Source of the DNA: Marsupella aquatica
Lineage: Eukaryota; Plantae; Marchantiophyta
DNA length: 64,000 bases
Reading direction: 5' to 3'
Assembly: GCA_973895155.1 (NCBI GenBank)
Contig: OZ316898.1
Location: 3,348,480-3,412,479 of the forward strand
Part shown: positions 13,620 through 26,300 of the stretch, piece by piece
Numbering within the stretch: position 1 is the first letter of the stretch
Layout of the letters: each line of letters opens with the position of its first letter
Position numbers and translations under genes: made by a program
Notes under the pieces: model-generated
Told to the model about the DNA's origin: nothing
Seen by the model: the letters and a program-made list of their open reading frames with translations, nothing else
Database searches by the model: none

Positions 13620-14263
13620 CCTTGGAATGGGAGTATTTTTATAATTTTTGGTTCCCCCGCGAAAAGCCCCACGGGGAGGGCAAACAGACAGACCAGAAGG
13701 CCAGACCAAGCGAATAAAACAAAGCCGAACACACAGCGCACAGGCTCACACCACCAGCGCAAATCCCACAGCCCCCCGTCCACCAAACAGTGGGAAAGGG
13801 AAAATCAATCACCAACACAAGCCCAAGCCCAACCTAAGAGGGCATCCTACAGCCAGATCAACCCGGAAGCCGCGGTCCCCCTCAAGCAAAAGAATTGACA
13901 GCAATGCCGCCACTTCCAAGCCATACCCTACGCAGGTCATCCATCCATGCCTTGGCCCGAATCAGGCGGGTGCACTTCCTGCCCGGAGGGCAGCGCCGAC
14001 TAACAGCAAAAGCGTTCTCCGCTGCCTCATTCAGAACAAGTCCCAAGTCAAACACCCGTCTCCCCCCCACCTGAAACATGTGAGTGTTCCTTCCCATCCA
14101 GAGTCGCCACAGAATTTGGTGCAAGACAAAGATCCGGGCCACTTGCACAGGCTCCTTCCCGCAGGCCGCCTCTAAAAGAGCCATCAGACCTCGTCCCATT
14201 GGCAAGTCCAGAATCCGCAAGGAATCCTGACATAGTCTCCAACAACGGACAGCATGTGAAATC
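13620..14263 (-). mobile_element. 5'-truncated L1-type LINE (ORF2 3' end) with 18-bp TSD
   Basis: Minus-strand LWRLWMGRNTHMF matches the W-x-[IL]W-x2-RN-x3-F motif of plant L1 ORF2 C-termini; flanked by TGTAGATGGT(G/A)TCATTTT at 13602-13619 and 14264-14281. Confidence 0.8.
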
Positions 14264-15984
14264 TGTAGATGGTATCATTTTGTAGTTTTGAAATCTCTAA
14301 TTAGACTTGAAATGCGTTCAGCATCTTCAATTCTATATTTAATTTGACATTGTGCATGATCAAGGAAGATCTTGAACCTTTGAATACAATTGGCAAATTC
14401 TTGGCACATTTTGAGCCCGTGGTGTTATCTTGGTATTGGGAGGTCCATAGGGTGTTCCAAGGTTGCTAAATGTTCCTATCTTGCTTGCTAGCCATTCATT
14501 CTTTCTAGAGGAGATTAGGAAAGTTGACTCTGCAAAATTCCCTATAGAGCATGATCTTGTGGTCAAATTGATTGTGAGTGGAGAGAATTGAGAGGCAGGG
14601 GGTCACAAATTATGCCTAGCTTCAAGTTGTGCCTTCACTACCAGTATGATCTAAAAACATATCCATGGAGAGTACTTTGTTCACGTTTGGAACACTGTAG
14701 CATAATTTAATGGACAACGATTTCCAACTTAGATCTCATTGAAGGAGTAAAAAAATTCAAAATGAAGGCTGCAACAATACGAGGATTGTTCCTCTTGTGA
14801 CTCCCAGGAAAATGTGTATTCTTGAGACTTAGAACAAGATCTTGTAAACCCTGTCGTAAACATCAAACATGTGTGAATGGTGAATCAACTGAGAAGTTGA
14901 ACTGAATGAAACTTCTTGTACATGAAGGTATCCTGAGTTCAGTATATATGGTTCACACCGGCCATACTAGGGTTATTCAGGGCCATTTCACCATTACATC
15001 TCAATGTCGAACGAGTGTGGGTGTGTTAGCAACTCAGATTATCCCAAATTTAAGAAGCAACCATCAAACTAATCACTTGCGTACAAAACCCAAGGCAAGA
15101 TATTGACCAATGGCTTACAGGCAGTCAGGAAACTAAGTCAGCTTCGTGGACAGAAAAGCTTAGTTTCCAATCAGATAAATGATGTAAGTGTCAGCTACTT
15201 GGACTTAACACTACACCAAGTATCTTGACCTAGAGGATACAAGCTAAGCTGCTAAGGAAGGTGATCAAAAGTAGTCTGGCCTTGCAAGTCAACTATGCAA
15301 AACAAGGACGCTAGCTCCTTTAATCAAATTTCAGCGTTGCTCAGCGGAGGGCTGTTACAGATTCTGGATTAAATATTGTTAGATGGACCATCATTGAGGA
15401 CACCAGACAACATAGTCCACATTTTTCTGAATGAGCACTGAGATCAATTCAAAACAGGACTCGGTGTTTTTCACGACTTTACTTTCTTGCATCATAATTG
15501 TACAAAAGGGTATGGTTCACCCTCAGAGTTTGAATGCCTCTCAACCTCCAGCTAGCCCATAGGCGGTGTTGCTCCCTGGACAAAAGAACTACTGGAGCAA
15601 TGCAATGATTCTAAATATATGACAAATTCATGAGCATTTGATGTTCCCAACAACAAGCCTTCATCTCTTGCAGACCAGCCCATGCTTCAAATGTGGACTC
15701 CCGCTGGAAGACCATCAAAACCCTACAAGAAAAAATGCAAGGTAAGAATATGAAATAAAAAGTAATTGTAGTCAGCTCAAATTTTCTGGATATGATTCCC
15801 ATTTATTGAAAACTTGAATTGAACACTCTTCCTTCATGATAAGATTACAGGCCTCACGTTAAGCACTTCGGTATGTTGGCATGGAAACATACACAATGAC
15901 CATGGTACTCTATACAAGATTTAAGAAGGTGATTGTTATCACCATAACTTAGAATGTCACAGTAAGGCAGGCCACCTTCACACA

Positions 15985-16480
15985 GGAAGGAGTCAAGTCC
16001 TTCACACGGAAATGAGTCAAGTCCTTCAATCAGATATAGGAGTCAAGTCCTTCACTCACAAAAGGAGTCAAGTCTTCAATAAAAAAGGAGTTTGAAAGTC
16101 CTTCACACAGAAAGAAGATCAGACCTTCACTCAAAAAAAAGTAAAGTCCTTCACTCAGAAAGGACTCAAGTCCATCATTAAAAAAAGGACCAAAGTCCTT
16201 CAGAAAGGAGTCAAGTCCTCCACTCAAAAAAGGAGTTAAGTCCTTCACTCAGAAAGGACTCAAGTCCATAACACATGACAAAAAGGAGTCAAGTCCTTCT
16301 CGGGAATTGAGTCCTTTAGTTAAAAAAGGAGTTTAGTCCTTTTCAGAGCGTGAGTCCTTCAGCCAAAAAGGAGTTGAGTCATGTTTAGGACGCGGGTCCT
16401 TACTTACAAGGACTTCACAATATACCAAGTCCTAAATATACTCTGGATGAAGATCAGGAAGTCCTCCACACAAAAGGAGT
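15985..16480. repeat. Degenerate array of AAGGAGTCAAGTCCTTCAC-like units
   Basis: About 20 variants of (A)AAGGA(G/C)TCAAGTCCTTCA; the Leu/Ser/Phe/Gly-repetitive ORF 16030-16248 reflects the array. Confidence 0.8.
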
Positions 16481-16699
16481 TTGCCCAATCACTCCTGGCT
16501 CTAAGTACAGGCCAATTTTAAGCAATAGGTATAGCACTGTATGAGCATACATACAGCGCAAAAGCAAAGACAAGTATAATAAAGGTGACTTGTGGACGCC
16601 ATACCTGAACTGTTGCCAGGCGCCTTACTCATGCTTCGAAGTAAATTCCCTTCCAATCCCTGCCTGCACAATTTAAGTTCTAACCGAGACTTGTGAGGT

Positions 16700-19600
16700 C
16701 AAGGAAGTAGTGATTGCTGCTAGTGTATCTAAGTCTAAGTTGTACATCCGGCTACCACCCTTGCGACCCCCCTTCCCACCTCACACGGATTCAGAGCAAA
16801 TCTAATATGAACTATAGACTTTGCATGGGTATAGCTTGCGGGTGCAATGTCATTGAACACAAATTTGGTTTATGACTTTGGAATTGGTTGAAACCACCTT
16901 CCTTTCAATGCTAAGTCACTTGTATCAAACTCCACCTCATACCCATCTGTAAATCCCTCTTTAATTGTGTGCAGCACCTCCTCACATTGAAGGATGTAGA
17001 AATCAGCAGCCCACTTATTGGGTTGCTCAGCTTCCACAGCGTAAAAATCACCAAGTTGCACCAGTTGTGCCAACCAGCCATCCTCGCATTCAAATGCTCC
17101 TTCCTCTACTCCAAAGCTGTCTATGTCAGCAGTCACATCAGTTGGCAATATCCCTCTCACCATCTCGAGTTTGAAATGACCTACCCATTCTACATTCTCA
17201 CATTTTGCTGGTTCATCATCTACACAATGAGCATAGAAGCAGGAGAGCTCCCTTACTTGCAAAAGAGTTGACAAACGATTACTAAAACCATCAAAGCAAT
17301 GTAAGTATCTACTTCCCTTGATTGGATCACAATCCCATTTCTTTTTGCGATTCACATCATGTGCGCCAATTTCCCAAAACATGCATCTCACCAATTGAAC
17401 ATCACCGTATTCCTTCTCTTGGCCAAGAGCAAATTTGTCTTTGCAAAATGCAACTACATCAGCTGCATTCTCCAACCGAGCTCCATGAATCCCTTTCAGT
17501 TGCTCCTTCTCAATTCCGCTCTTAATGTGACCACCAAGAGCATCCTAAAATCAGAACACAAATTACAATATATTTATCAGAGAGTGAATTCAGAATGTAC
17601 AACATAGTAGACCAGAGCATTATACTAGTATGCAGAGCACTATACTAGTGTTTAGGGTTGCTTAAGTCAGAAACTAGAGGTAGTGTTAAGAAACTCACAG
17701 CAACACCATTCCCATGTCCTGAAGCATGGAAGAACCACTTCATTCTAGCACAGTGTCGTTTGTAGTATCTTAAGACGTAATAGAAAGGCCTGCAAGCCTT
17801 AAACTGTGAAGCTGCTCCATCTGACCAAACCCAATGCTGATTGAATGTGATTTTTTCACCCTTCATCCATGCTGCATGTGAATCCATACAGTGTTGCACA
17901 AACAGGGTGTCGTGGGTATTGTCGTCACTAATATAAAAATGATAATCAGCTATGATGTCTCGATTCCCAGTGTCATCCTATGCCATTCCTACAGACCTAC
18001 CCACAACAGCCTTGATAGAATGGACATCCTTGCGATGTCTATAGGTCACAAGAATCAACAACGTGATCTGCTTATTATCCCAATGTTGAGTTTGAATCTC
18101 ATTCTGAACCTTGAAAGTATAATTCTCAGAAAAGTCTATGGAAGAGACTATAGTTCCCCTTGGAAATAGGTAATCTCATCAGTTATCAGTTGCTTTCATC
18201 AGTGTACCTGATATCAACTGCCACCTCATCTCAGAGAGGCTGCCAAGTTGCGATGCAAAAAAGGAAAAAATGAAGAAAAAAAAATTCTTAAATTTTTCTT
18301 CAAAATTTGAAGGAAAACTTTTTTTTTCGCCATGAGGCATCCGTACCGTATGGACACCTATCTCAGCAAGCCCAGCCGAGATGGGAAAAAAATTTCCGAA
18401 GTTTGTTTTTTCAATTTTTTTTTTGGGGAAAATTTTTGGGTTTTTTTTTCCGTTTTTTTCGGTCCGTACGCCACTGAGATAGCTGGCCTCGCCGAGATGG
18501 GGCGTACGGACCAAAAAAAAATGGAAAAAAAAAAACCAAAAATTTTCCCAGCTGAGAAATTTTTTTTCAGCTAAGATGTTGAAAAGTTTTCAGGCATAGT
18601 TTGGACTGATTACCTTGCCAATGGGCTCTGATATTATGAACAAGAAATGTCTTCATTGTATCCAATACCTGCAACTTGAAATCTGGAAGAGTAGTTCTCT
18701 TATGCACCAACCTCAAGCGCTTCACCTTTTGCTGTGCGCTTTCAGCAGTTCCTTTTCTTCTTCTCTCTTGTTTTGTGCAGTCTCATATAGTTCAACATAC
18801 TGAAAGGTTTCCCAATCAATAGAAAGGTTCTCTGTGACATCTAGCTCCATTTCACACCACACCAACTTATGAACTCAATCCACATATTTCACAACTACCA
18901 AAAATACAACTCTTTTGATGCCGTTCCTGCCCCTCAAGCTTGGGACAAACTGCTCCCTCCGTCCATTCTCGTACAGATGTAATGGAGCACTTAGAAGCTA
19001 TGCAGGAACTACCCTCTGTAGGAGCATTTTCAGATCTACATATACAACATTCACAAGTACAATCCCTTTGGTGGCGGCACCTCCTAAATTTGTTGAGTGC
19101 CTCTTTCAGCAGGTCTATCTCAACATGTTGTTTGCAACAGCAAACCATTCAATCTTTCATAGTGCGAATGTAATACGGCTTTAGTTGTTGGAAAGATTTG
19201 AGACCTATAGAGACTCCATTTCCCTCCGATGTGCACCAATCACGGAATTTCATGAAGAACTCAACCTGCAAAATACCCGATAGGTTGTACTTAGGCCAAA
19301 TCATATTATGAAAGCCATTGACAAGACAACGTTCTACTTATCAGCTCCATCCTTGCACTTAGATACTAGGATTTTAAGACAATTAATTGGCATTGAAATA
19401 ACTAGTTGTACCTCTGTATCCTCAAGCCAATGCTTGGAATGGTTCTCGTACTTGTTCACGGCTAGTCGCAATTTGGCCACATCCTTCTTGCAGGGAGAAA
19501 TTTGAGTGTGGGCTTCCCAAAATCCTTTGACAATCTGCCACACTTCAGCAAAAATCCGGTCACTCCTGACCTTTCTTTCATCCATGATAGGATATCTCTT

Positions 19601-20640
19601 ACATGCATCTTGATCTACTAGCTGTTTTCTCATAGCCCCTGCTCTATGGATGTTTTGCCGTTTAATACCCAATGCTATGGCTAATGAAGTCTGGTATCTT
19701 TTCCCGACTATTGACTCTCCTACCAATGCATTCAACAATGCTCGCTTTGTAGCTAGATGATCTTTTTGCCTACCTGATTTCACTATATGTAGGGATTTTA
19801 TAAGATCAACCACAGCAGAAGCTACAGATGCATCAAGCTTTGCACAACCAAGCGCTGCAGGCTGGTAATCTCTCAACGAACTGTGCAACCATAATCTCTC
19901 CAGGACAAGCTTTCTAGCAGCCATATTATAATCCTTCATTCGAACCATTAAATCCCTAACTACACAAGAGATTAAACTATTGATACACCTTCGCTTCCTA
20001 TTAGGAGATGGATCACCTGGATCACCTTCATCATTAGATATGTTGGACATTCTTGTTGTCCGTGAGCAATACGGATGCGTCTCCCTGTATCGAGCTCTTT
20101 TCCTTGCTGCATCTCGTGTCCTGAATGCTGCAGCGCTATTGAAACGATTCACCGGAAACTCTGGCTCGCCAGGCTCGCTAGAAGACTGTACTCGTCTATT
20201 CAATGTATGAAGACAAGCTTCGCTTCTACCTATGCTCACTTTCAAAACAGACAATGAATCATTCTCTGCCTTCAACTAATTCCTTTTGTAAGTTTAAGCG
20301 CATGGTATCAGAGAGCTGAGCCACCTCTAAACGCGTCTGCACAGTTGTTTCTTGTGCCTCGTTTGTAGCAGCAGTTGTCAGTTCTTCACATTGTTGCTTC
20401 ACGAGAAGAAGCAATTGTTGACCTTCTTGCTCTGCCTCGGCAAGGATTACTTGACGTGCTCCTCCGCATCAAAAAGCATATCCATAGCGTCAAGCTCATT
20501 GCTTGTGCTACTGCATTGAGTTGTTGCATCCTTCTGCTTCCTCACAGTCCTGTCGTAATATTTCTGGCGCCTTCGATAGTTTTGTTCCTCTCTCTTTTGT
20601 TTTTGTAATTCATCTTCTACTTCACACAGGATTGCCATCT
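16700..20640 (-). pseudogene. Spliced DDD DNA transposase pseudogene (Sola-like, probably Sola2 type)
   Basis: Motifs in order: Cys-rich region (18867-19148), IDFSENYTFKVQNEIQTQHW (~18140-18080), WVWSDGAASQFK, FHASGHGNGVA|DALGGHIK across GT-AG intron 17698-17545, RELSCFYAHC; frameshifts/stops present. Superfamily name is from motif recall. Confidence 0.7.
18424..18550. repeat. ~50-bp-stem hairpin inside a transposase intron (possible MITE remnant)
   Basis: TGGGGAAAATTTTTGGGTTTT...GGTCCGTACGCC / GGCGTACGGACC...AAAACCAAAAATTTTCCCA. Confidence 0.7.
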
Positions 20641-21551
20641 ATCATGGGTTACCAGAAGTTGCTATGGCGGTGGCACAGCTCAAAAGATTCATCAAATGTC
20701 TCCCTTTGCCTCTCATGGATAAACAAAACTATCGACAAAGGCTTTGTTCCTCCAAGCTTTCGATAGAAAATGGGATTTGAAAATAGTGACAGTAGGCTTG
20801 CTTGAATCCCTCGGGGCTTAGAGTACAGAGCACTGCGCATTTCAAAAAACTCTTTTATGGCCAGCATAAAACTCTTTTATGGCCAGGACGTAAGAATTAT
20901 TGGCTACCCAAATGCAGCCCCATAAAATCCTGCGTCTCAAAAGTTCCAACTCACAAGACTTTGCTTACAGCAATAGTTTGACACTCCCTATTGTTCTAAC
21001 CCAGCGGGCTCACCACCATCAAGGACTACAGCCCATAAGGCCCTCCAGGCCATGAGTTACCCTTCCCAGTAAACACACATCAAAATCTGACAATATACCA
21101 TGTGCACTCAGTGATTGAAAAATAATATGAGGTTTATATGGTACGGAGAGATGTACTACACCCTATGTCATACTTTGATGTGCAAATATCACTCCCCATG
21201 AGTTACCCCTGCAACACATGTGATAATCTGTGGTGTACATTCATTGATCTAAAGGGTTCTTGGTACGGATGGATGTTCTGCAGAGTATACGTATATCAAA
21301 ATAAATAAATTATTCTGATGTGAAGTTACCGGGACCCTTGAGTTTAGTACCATGCACTAAATATTCTCCAATAATCATGGAGACGTATTTGGAATGTAGG
21401 GGAATACGCTCGTAGCGACACAATCATCAAATCATGCTTTGCAATCTTCAAGGAGAAAAAGTGGTATTGTGGAAGGCCAAATCAGCAACCTATGGCGGCC
21501 ATTAAAGGTCAGACTCTTTCTCGTCTTTTCGCACATCGACTGCAGTAGCGA

Positions 21552-21554
<3 letters not shown>

Positions 21555-21584
<30 letters not shown>
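21555..21584. repeat. (GA)n microsatellite
   Basis: Uninterrupted GA run. Confidence 0.9.
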
Positions 21585-21585
<1 letters not shown>

Positions 21586-23021
21586 GAGGCATTTCGTGAA
21601 TCACCGTGTATCACGGAGAGACGCTGTCGAGAGAAGAGCAGGATTCATCCAGGGACGGTGCATTAGAAGAAGGCTCTGCTCGTTTGTTCGTTGGTATGGG
21701 TCTCTCTGTCTAAGATAAGCTGTTGTCTCCCCTCTGTATCAGTGCAGCATCTCAATCATCATCAGCATCATCCTGCCTGTGACGAAGTTGATGATGCTGT
21801 GAGTGACGGTAGAAGCTCCTGTGTCATTCTGTGGTGCTCTTTCCCCAGATTTGTGTGTTGGTGGGTGGTGGCTTGTAAATCAGGATCCTCTTACCGAGGA
21901 ATCGATTCAGAAGGAAGGCAGGAAGGGAGAGGGAAGTGGATCTGAATTGTACTGTAGAGGGCAGACTCGAGAGGCAGACTCGAGCATTGACACCATCACT
22001 AGCAAGAGGAGGAAGGAGAAGCAGTAGCAGAGTGGTGGTGGCATATTGAATCGGTGGGCTCTGGTATAAAATAAGCAGACGTCGCGACACTCCAGTGACA
22101 GCAGAGCAGGCCCGGCATCAGGTGGTAAGTTCCCAAAAGGGCGTGTGAGTAGGGGAGCAAGAGGAGGAGGAAGAGGAGGACCGACGCCCAGTACTACAGT
22201 GGTGCTGCACTGTAGGTAGTGAGCTGAGGTGAAGGTGAGGGCTCCTACAAGGGAGGAGGGGCTATAGGTGTTTGGAACGAGGATAGGAAAAGGTGAGTGG
22301 AAGGAAAGAATTGTGTGGGAGGTGCTGATCTTCGACTTGGGGGTACACGAGGGTGTGATAGTCAGTCAGGAGGACCTAGGAGAACGAGGTGAGCCAGACA
22401 GGAAACCAGGGAGTGAGGGAGTGAGAGTTTTTGTATCTGGTTGTGGCTGAGTGCCCTTTTGCTTGCATATAAGGAGTAAAGTACAGTACCGAGGTTGTAT
22501 AATTGTTTGGCTGGCTGTCTGTCACAAGTGCAAGGTAAAATCCTGTGAGCGGAGGGAGTGTGACTTGCCTGCGCGCTCTCGTTGGGAATCGAGTGAGAAG
22601 TAATATTCGGGGCATCACTTGCGGTGGTGGAGGGAGAATCCTTGCGAGGGAGGTACTTGGTTAGGGTTCAGAGAGAGAATTAAATAGCTGGAAAGGAAAG
22701 GCAATCCTAGGCCGTGTTCAGTAGTAGGGCGGATGAGCCGAGCCGAGCCGAGCAGACACGATAGGCGATTAGTCTAGAGAGACGAGCTTATGTGTAGAGA
22801 GAAGATCATTCATTCATTCATTCAACCTATGTCTGCAGAGAGCAATTTCGGGATGTTCATGGTCGGGGAATAGTGACACCATCCTTAAGTGTCCTCACGG
22901 GATTGGGTGTGCAGCACAGCAACACATGTGTTTGCAATCCAAATCATACTTTTGTCGAGGAAATCGTTCTTTTTCCTTCCTACTCGCACCCGCTGGGCTA
23001 GGAGACTAGTAGCTGACGGCC

Positions 23022-23072
23022 GGTGAGGTGAGGTGTGGTGAGGTGAGGTGTGGTGAGGTGAGGTGAGGTGAG
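23022..23072. repeat. (GGTGA)n pentanucleotide repeat upstream of the PEPC start
   Basis: GGTGAGGTGAGGTGTGGTGAGGTGAGGTGTGGTGAGGTGAGGTGAGGTGAG. Confidence 0.85.
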
Positions 23073-23311
23073 CGGAGGAGGGCAGAAAGACAGGACAGGA
23101 CAGAATTGGTGTCGAAGTTTCTTAGGGTAAAAAGGCTGTCACTGGCAGTGCAATCGGATTGATTAAACGAGAATAGAGAGGCAAACGGCGGGCCCCATAG
23201 GAGAGGAAAAACTGACATAAGACTCCCCCGTTCATACGCAGGACGAGGTCAGTCAGTCAGGAAGGTGGGGCAGGAGGGGTTGGAAAAAGAAGGGAAGGCT
23301 GTGTGTAGTCT

Positions 23312-26300
23312 ATGATGACGTCGAGGAGTTTGAGTCTCGGAAACGAGTTAAGAAGCGCAATGGCAAATCTTGCACCAACTCATTCGCCGTCCTTGAGGAA
23401 GATGGCTTCCATAGATGCGCAGATGCGGCTGCTCGTGCCACGAAAGGTGTCTGAGGATGATAAGCTCATTGAATACGATGCTCTTTTACTCGACCGTTTC
23501 CTGGACATTCTGCAGGAGCTGCACGGCGAGGAAATCAAAGAGACGGTATCAATTTTTCCTGTTTTCTTTCCCACGCAGGCCTGGCAGATGAGTAATGGTA
23601 TTTGTGTAGGTTGTGAGTTGAGGGACGGAGTCAGTTGGCATCGCATCTTGTGTCTTCCCTGCGCAACCAACCAACCGATCAACCCTCTGAATACGATGAA
23701 GAATTCAGCCTTTGGAGACCGTCCAGAATTCCAAATGCACCCAACTTGATGGAATTGTCATGGTTGTAGTGTATAAACAATTCCTGCATTCGACCCCGAG
23801 CCGACCTGGTTCGATCAATTCGAGGTGGGCAGATGGGTGGCTGATCCCTCTCTTTGTCTGAAGCATCCCCTGCGGAGGTTTCAGATGAGAGCAAATCTAG
23901 GACTTGTTGGTGGATTCCCCCTTGCTGATCTGCGTGTTGTTTGGAAATGTATTGTGGTTTTGTACTTGGAGTACATCGTGAGCCGCTCAAACGATTTATT
24001 CTCATATCAATTGATGTTGGCAAAGTTTCATTATCTTTCCTCTCTGCTAATCTCTCTATGGAGGCCACTCGTAGTCTTGTCCCTGACATAAGGTTTCGAT
24101 GGTTTTTTGACGATTCAGGTTCAGAAATGCTACGAGTTGGCTGGACAGTACGGAATGACCGATGGGGAGGGTGACTTAGAAAGACTAGCTGAGCTGAAGG
24201 AGGTTCTCAACAGCCTCGATCCTGGTGACTCCATCGTTGTGGCCAGCTCCTTCTCTCATATGCTCAACTTGGGAAACCTTGCGGAAGAAGTGCAAATTGC
24301 TTACCGTAGAAGAGCCAAGCAAAAGAGGGGTGACCTTGCCGACGAGAATAGTGCTCTGACCGAGTCTGATATTGAAGAGACATTCGGCAGGCTTGTTAAT
24401 CAGTTGGGGAAGTCCCCCATCGAGATTTTTGAAGCCTTGAAGAATCAAACTGTGGACTTGGTTTTGACCGCTCATCCCACGCAGTCCGTTCGACGATCTT
24501 TGCTGCAGAAGTTTTCTAGGTAGGTGTCATCTTGTCAACCCACCAGCTCTGTCATGCATGAAATGGTTTTGAGGCTTTCGATTCAGCCAAATACTGTAGC
24601 CGCAGATGGACCCTCCATCTCGCTGATTCTCAATTTTAGTGTGATCGGGGGGAGATAGGTGCCAAGCAAGGCTATTTTACGAGCCCATCGCCCTGTCCTT
24701 CGTAGTTTTGATGGAGGTGACCTAACCATTAGCGTAGTAGTTGGCTTTAGGTCCTCAGTGTTATCGTCAGTGATCGCGCAGGGACTTGACGATGAACCTC
24801 CACTTCTCAATTGTGCAGGATTCGGAACTGCCTTTCGCAGCTTTATCAAAAGGATATCACTAATGATGAGAAACAAGAACTCGATGAGGCCCTTCAGCGC
24901 GAGGTAACTTATAGAACGGAGAGATGACAGTTTGAATCTGGCGTTTACGAGTACAGTTTGCATGGGGGCTATGTTAATTTTGTCCATGCGTTCAGAAATC
25001 CTTGTTTAGGTCATGAGCTGAAACAGCTAGTTTGTCTTCAGTTGCAGACTTTTCTAGAGTGGGCACCCTTTACTGGCAACAGTGTTATTATGCATCGTCT
25101 CTTGACGGGTGATTTTACGAGTTTGCTTTTCGCTTTGTCTACCAAGCAGATTCAAGCTGCATTCAGAACCGATGAGATTCGTCGGACTGCTCCCACACCC
25201 CAGGATGAGATGCGAGCAGGGATGAGTTACTTCCATGAGACCATTTGGAATGGCCTGCCTAAGTTCCTGCGCCGCGTCGACACGGCGCTGAAGTCTATTG
25301 GTGTCGATGAGAGGCTTCCGTACAATGTTCCCCTCATCCAGTTCTCGTCCTGGATGGGTGGTGATCGAGACGGTGAGTTTTCTAGAGGTCTTAATGACGA
25401 CATGAGTAATTTTCACATCACCAGTGTGAAAATTTGGTACCAATCTGTTGGATTCAAGAATAATGTCTATTCTCAAGTCTTTTCTCGGTTTGTGGACATT
25501 GGTCGTCTAATCAGTAACTCAATCGGGCCTTGTGATTTGTCGTCCAGGTAATCCGAGAGTTACTCCCGAGGTCACCAGAGACGTTTGCCTTCTCGCAAGG
25601 CTGATGGCAGGCAATTTGTATTTTGCCCAGATTGAGGACCTTATGTTCGAGGTATTTGCAGTGCTTTCTTTCGCAGTGTTTTTGGAGTTCAGCCTGTAAT
25701 TCGTTTGGCTTTCGGCAATTTGGATATGATAACCTTTCCTGGAGGAAAATCTGTACTCAAGGCTATAATCATGCGAGCTGTACACAGGAGGAAATGATGA
25801 CCCTAACTAACACAGATACTTGAATGGTGTAGCTGTCCATGTGGCGCTGTAACGACGAGCTTCGGGCTAGAGCCGTTATATTAGAGGCCTTCAACAAGAA
25901 GGATACAAAACATTACATTGGTACGTGTTCTTCATTCTTTACTACTGCGTTTAAATATGTGAAAGTGGCCCAGCTTTTGGGTGTGGTTTCGGACCTACGG
26001 ATGAAGCTCTTTCATGTCCAGTTTGTTAGTGCTTCCTTCCAACTGCTGACAATGTTTTCCAAAGCTGGTCTCTGCTGTAGTGAACACTCAGTGGCTCTGT
26101 GGCCCAGAAATCATGTGATAGGAAAATTCCTGAAGTGAGTACTGGTGGAATTTCTGTCCTGATAAATGACAATACTCTTCTGCTGCAGAATTCTGGAAGC
26201 AGATTCCATCATCTGAGCCATTCCGCGTGGTACTGGGCGATGTCCGTGATAGGTTATTACAGACTAGGGAGAGGATGAGGCAGTTGCTTTCTTCTGGGAA

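Noticed and set aside
13648-14175. 175-aa basic ORF on the + strand
   Set aside because: Antisense shadow of the L1 fragment on the - strand
8875-20940. Possible TIRs for the Sola-like block at ~8875-8930 and ~20885-20940
   Set aside because: Only patchy similarity and no TSD; termini cannot be supported
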